Part shown: in pieces, positions 59,939-64,000 of the stretch | Position numbering within the stretch: the first letter of the stretch is position 1 | Layout of the letters: the number at the start of each line of letters is the position of its first letter | NCBI GenBank assembly: GCA_963835065.1 | Contig: CAWIEK010000015.1 | Location: 32,001-96,000, forward strand | DNA length: 64,000 bases | DNA from: an uncultured Chthonomonadaceae bacterium | GTDB taxonomy: Bacteria; Armatimonadota; Chthonomonadetes; Chthonomonadales; Chthonomonadaceae | Reading direction: 5' to 3' | Position numbers and translations under genes: made by a program | Notes under the pieces: model-generated | What the model saw: only the letters and a program-made list of their open reading frames with translations | Database searches by the model: none | What the model was told of the DNA's origin: nothing

Positions 59939-60063
59939 TTCACCACCAAGACACAAAGAACACCAAGAAAAACAAAGAGAAGAAGCGAGAAGAGATGCAA
60001 AGCAGAACTTGCTCTGAATTCCCTTCTCCTACTTGGTGTTCTTCGTGTCTTGGTGGTGAACTA
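59936..60063. repeat. Palindromic element (CACCACCAAGAC family), copy 3
   Basis: tagttcaccaccaagacacaaagaacaccaag / cttggtgttcttcgtgtcttggtggtgaacta; overlaps the accA stop. Confidence 0.85.
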
Positions 60064-60073
60064 TAACGAAAGT

Positions 60074-60105
60074 GCGGGCAGTCCGTTCCGCCTCGGACTG
60101 CCCGC
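60074..60105. terminator. GC-rich hairpin
   Basis: gcgggcagtccg-ttccgcct-cggactgcccgc, T-run on the minus strand. Confidence 0.6.
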
Positions 60106-60661
60106 GTCGTGTGTTCCCGTCAGCAACGTCAGCGCCCCCGTCGTTACTGTTGGTGAACCGCACGGCTGAAGGGGAGGGCAAGTGGTTCCGGTTTCTCGGA
60201 AAAGGCTTGCCCCGGCCCCGGATTCGCAAAATCTGTTTGGTAAGGTCTTGCGCTATGTAAAGTGGAAGCAGTGAGAGCGTGGCTGCGCCTCGCAGATCGG
60301 GAAGCGGGTTGTGACAGTCGCGGGTGGCATCAGGAAAACGATCATGGTTTTCGACGATGCAACGGCTTGCGGCCATCAGGATGCTTCCGAACCCTTTCTC
60401 CTTCGCACAGGGTTAGGAAACGCAGGCGGGTTTGCAGCGTGACACCTTTTGTCAAAAAAGTTTGTGTTCGGTGTTCAGGTATTCGGGTGTTCAGGTATTG
60501 GGCTGAACTCTGCTGACCCGGTTTGTTCGCGTGGGGTGGGAGTTTTGCTTTGTGGCGGCGAAACGAGGGTGGAAAATTTTACATTTGCTGTTGTAGCGAA
60601 TGGCGGACTGTGCTATAATCGAAAGAATGGTTTGCAAATGCTGAGGAAAGGAGGAAAACCG

Positions 60662-61205
60662 GTGTACCGTCTGCTGCATGGTTTGTTACATCGTCCGTTT
60701 CAACGGAAGCGTTACCTGCGCGTCATGGACAATGCTGCTTGGGCTGTGCTACCTTGTCGTCAGCGTTTTCCTGCCTTTTCAGCACACGCATATCGGTGGC
60801 GAAGACGAAGCGGGGGGCATCAGTTCGACGTGGGCGCAGGCGAGTGAGCGGCAACTCGTTTTCACGCAAGCCACCGCCGTTCAAATAGTCTCTGCGCAAA
60901 CAGCCTCCGTTCAAGCAACTTCCACGCGCGATGCTTCCCGGCATAATAGTTCGTTACGCCGCTCGGCTCTCGGTAAGGCTTCTCAGCACACGTATGCGCC
61001 CAAACCTGCCTTTGTAAAAGCGGGCAAAAAGCGTTCCACACACTGTCTTGCCTGCGAGTGGGAATCTATGCAGGTGTCTGCCGCCCTGCCGACATTCACA
61101 CTGTATTTAACGGACGCCACACCGCCTCGTGTCGTCACAACCCTGCCGCGCTACTTACGTTCGCGGGCGATTGCCACCTCCTCGCGTGGCCCGCCCACCG
61201 TTTGA
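60662..61205 (+). CDS. DUF2946-like (CutF/CruR-type) leader protein; probable frameshift near 60720
   Basis: AAGGAGG + GTG 60662; TM followed by QHTH; HCLACEW CxxC; C-terminal SRGPPTV*; upstream of a TonB-dependent receptor. Confidence 0.68.
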
Positions 61206-61393
61206 ACCTCTACAATGCGCTTCCTCGCGCATGTTCGCGTTTCATCACTTACTTCTTTACAATTCAATGTCTTGCGTTAAGCGTCCAGATGCCTGTTTGC
61301 GGGTTTCCGGCTGCTTATTGCCTGCCTGGTTTTGTCGCATTAGAGACTCTCAAGGATTGAAAGTCCATGAGATAAATCTCGCGGCTGTGGTAA

Positions 61394-61421
61394 CGTAGGG
61401 ACATAACATGTTATGTCCTGC
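61394..61421. repeat. GTAG-type REP palindrome
   Basis: gtagggacataacatgttatgtcctgc containing a perfect 20-bp palindrome at 61399-61418. Confidence 0.65.
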
Positions 61422-61784
61422 CTTCGGGTACTGCAACAGCTATGTCGAGAGAACATCTTTGCTGTGATAAAAGCCTTGTGACGACGTTTGCAATACCTGT
61501 TTACGGCTATTGGGATTCCCAATTTGCCTGTGAAATCATGGTTTTGCCGATGTTGCCACACCCATAGTAACTTGCCGACTGCGGTTCGTTGACAATCCAT
61601 CACTACGGGATTGTTGACGCCGCGCCGCGCATGTTACGCATGGGCAGACGACAAAAAGGCGCACAGGTGCTGGTAACACCCATGCGCCGGGCGAGCGTGA
61701 CGAATCACGTCCGGTTCCAACCGTGATTGTAGCACGTCCTCGCCCTTTCGTCCACCCGTTCTCAACGAAAGGGAGGATATTCTC

Positions 61785-64000
61785 ATGAGTGATCGGTACA
61801 AACCGATCCTGCGCGTGTTCGGCCTGTTTGTCATGGCTGCTTTTCTAAGCCTGATGGCGGTCGGACGCGCCTGCGCGGACGTCGTCGGACGCCTGCGCTT
61901 TATAGTCAAGGACGCTAACGACAAGAACGAAAAGCCTATTATGGGCGCAAAAATCGTTCTGCACGACACGGCAGGCGTACGCCCCGACATCACGCTGACT
62001 TCGGACGCCAAAGGCAACGCCACAAGCCCCGAACTGGACAACCGCGACTGGCAAATCACCACCACTGCCGAAAACTACCAGCCGGATAAGCAGATCAAGA
62101 CCGTTATCACCGACCGCGCGACCGATGTGGAAGTGTTGCTCGAACCCGTGGGGCCGGAAAAGGTTATCAAGGTCACAGCGGGCAAGGAAACGACGGACAA
62201 GCGCAACACCACGAACGAAACCCGCCGTGACCAGAAGTTCGTGCAGACGTTTCCCGCCACAGCAGGCAACCCGCAGAACCTGGGCAGCGTCACCCGCACC
62301 GTTCCCGGCTTCGCGCAGGATTCGGTGAACCAGTTCCATCCGCGCGGCGAACACTCCGCAACCGCCATTTTCCTCAACGGCTTTGAACTGCCGGACGCGC
62401 TGCAAGGCCGCGCCGGGCAGATTCTGGTTCCCGATGTTATTCAAAACCTCGACGTCCAGACGGGTGGTTTCGCGCCCGAATATGGCGGCGAAACCGCAGC
62501 CATTCTCAACCTGAACCTGCGCTCCGGGCCGATTACGCCCTTCGCCAGCGCGGAACTGCAAGGCGGCGAGTTTTCCACCTTCTACAGCGCGTTCTCCTTT
62601 GGCGGGCAATTGGGGCAGGCAATCGGCACGCCGGACGCGAACGGACGGCAGGCACACGCGCTAGGTTATTTCTTTAATCTCAACGCGCGCCGCACGACAA
62701 ACGCGCTGGAGCCACCCCAGCCCGACAATCAGGAAGCGCACAACACGGGTTCCCAACTCAGCGGTTTCGGCAACCTCACCTATCAGGCCGGGGCGCGGGA
62801 TCAGGTTTCCCTCACGCTCAACAGCGCGCCCGCGTATACGCAAATCGCCAACCGCGCGGGATTGCCCAATGCCTTTCGTCCCGTCGGGCAGGGCTACGGC
62901 CTGTTCGGAGCGCGCAACGCGGACGGGACGCGCCCGGATGTTGTCACCGACCCCACCGATCCCAACTTCAACGCCAACGCGCTTGGCGCGGCGCCCCTCC
63001 AACTTGGCTCCCAGCAGGCGGATGGACAGGACATCAACCAGCGCGATACCAACGACTTCGGCCTGCTCAGTCTGCGCCACACGTTCAGCAGCACCACGAC
63101 GGGCCTGCTTTCCTTCGGGCTTGTTCATTCCGGGCAGGACATTAAGAACAACAACAGCGCGTTGAGCATTAACCCCAACGCGCCGGGTTTCGGCTTGCCC
63201 ATTGACAGTTCGCTGGAATTCAATCCCACTATCATTCGCAACTACCACCACGCGCAGATACAGGGCAGCGTGACGGCTGCGCGTCACAGCCACACTTACA
63301 AGGCCGGCCTGCTCTACGACAATCAGGAAGGGGATGAGTCGTACCAGATCACGCCCGGCAGCCAACTGGCGCTCAACGCGCTTGCCGTGTTCACGCCCAA
63401 TCTGGCTCCCACAGGCGCGGCGCAGCAGGCCGTTAGGAGCCAACGGCCAGCCGAGCGTGGACGCTAAGGGCAATCCCGTGTTTGTCACTGATGTCAACGG
63501 CAATCCTATCTATGTGCCCACGTCCGGCTCTTCGCCCATCGTCAACGTGCATCGCACCGGCTTTTATGCGGCGGGCTATTTGCAGGATACATGGCTTGCC
63601 ACGGCCCGGACGACGCTCAACTATGGATTTCGCGTGGACTGGTATCAGCAGAAGCAGAACCTGGGCCAGCCCTCCGTAGATCAGGTACACCTGTCGCCGC
63701 GCATCAATCTGGCCTATCTGCTCACGCCTAAAACAGTGGGCCGCGTGTCCTTCAATCGCCTGTTCATTCAGCCGCCGCTTGCGCAGGGGGCGATTATCGG
63801 TCAGCCCATCCGCCCCGAAACGCTCAACCAGTACGAGGCCAGCATAGAGCGGCAGATAGGGCCGGGGCAAACCGCCAAAGTCGCCTACTACTACAAGGAC
63901 ATTTCCAACCAGATTGATACCGGTTTGCTCATTCCCGGTTCGCAGATCGGCGTCTACTCTTCGGTCAACTTCGAGCGGGGAGCCGTGCATGGCGCGGAAT
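61785..64000 (+). CDS. TonB-dependent receptor with N-terminal carboxypeptidase-regulatory-like domain; frameshift near 63430; truncated at edge
   Basis: Signal peptide; plug HPRGEH..IFLNG..GGFAPEYGG; after the shift GFYAAGYLQDTW..LNYGFRVD..SPRINLAY..IRPE...YYKDISNQID. Confidence 0.88.

Noticed and set aside
61210..61780. Cobalamin riboswitch upstream of the TonB-dependent receptor
   Set aside because: No B12-box (GCCACTG...AGYCAG) or GGGAA core motifs found by eye

Overview
Bacterial genomic window, GC-rich by eye. An Armatimonadota-like lineage is my inference from the PEP-CTERM variant, repeat families and gene style; I have not verified it. Bases 1-15.8 kb hold a minus-strand extracellular contractile injection system (eCIS)/phage-tail-like operon, truncated at the left edge. 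In transcription order it encodes a sheath-domain protein, sheath, tube, assembly protein, Pro-rich protein, Pvc16/DUF4255-IPT, AAA ATPase, tube initiator, LysM, hub, spike, a DUF4157 fusion carrying a putative beta-barrel plus OmpA C-terminal domain, a PAAR-like tip, gp25 and baseplate J. It lies downstream of a tRNA-Ser whose 3' end is duplicated. The rest of the window contains an XPB-like helicase, four tRNAs in total, PEP-CTERM, LprI, RRM, SLT and S9 peptidase genes, and an egtD-egtB-ABC transporter operon. Further right are a D-Ala-D-Ala dipeptidase, YsnF/AvaK proteins and an Rpn gene with a duplicated internal-RBS C-terminal module. The right end has a two-component/YncE/TolC/MFP/RND efflux operon, pheA, accDA, and a DUF2946-like RGPP leader upstream of a TonB-dependent receptor. 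Many palindromic REP/MITE-like elements and heptamer tandem repeats are present. About nine small frameshifts in unrelated genes most likely reflect sequencing or assembly indels. All family assignments come from motif recognition by eye, not database searches.
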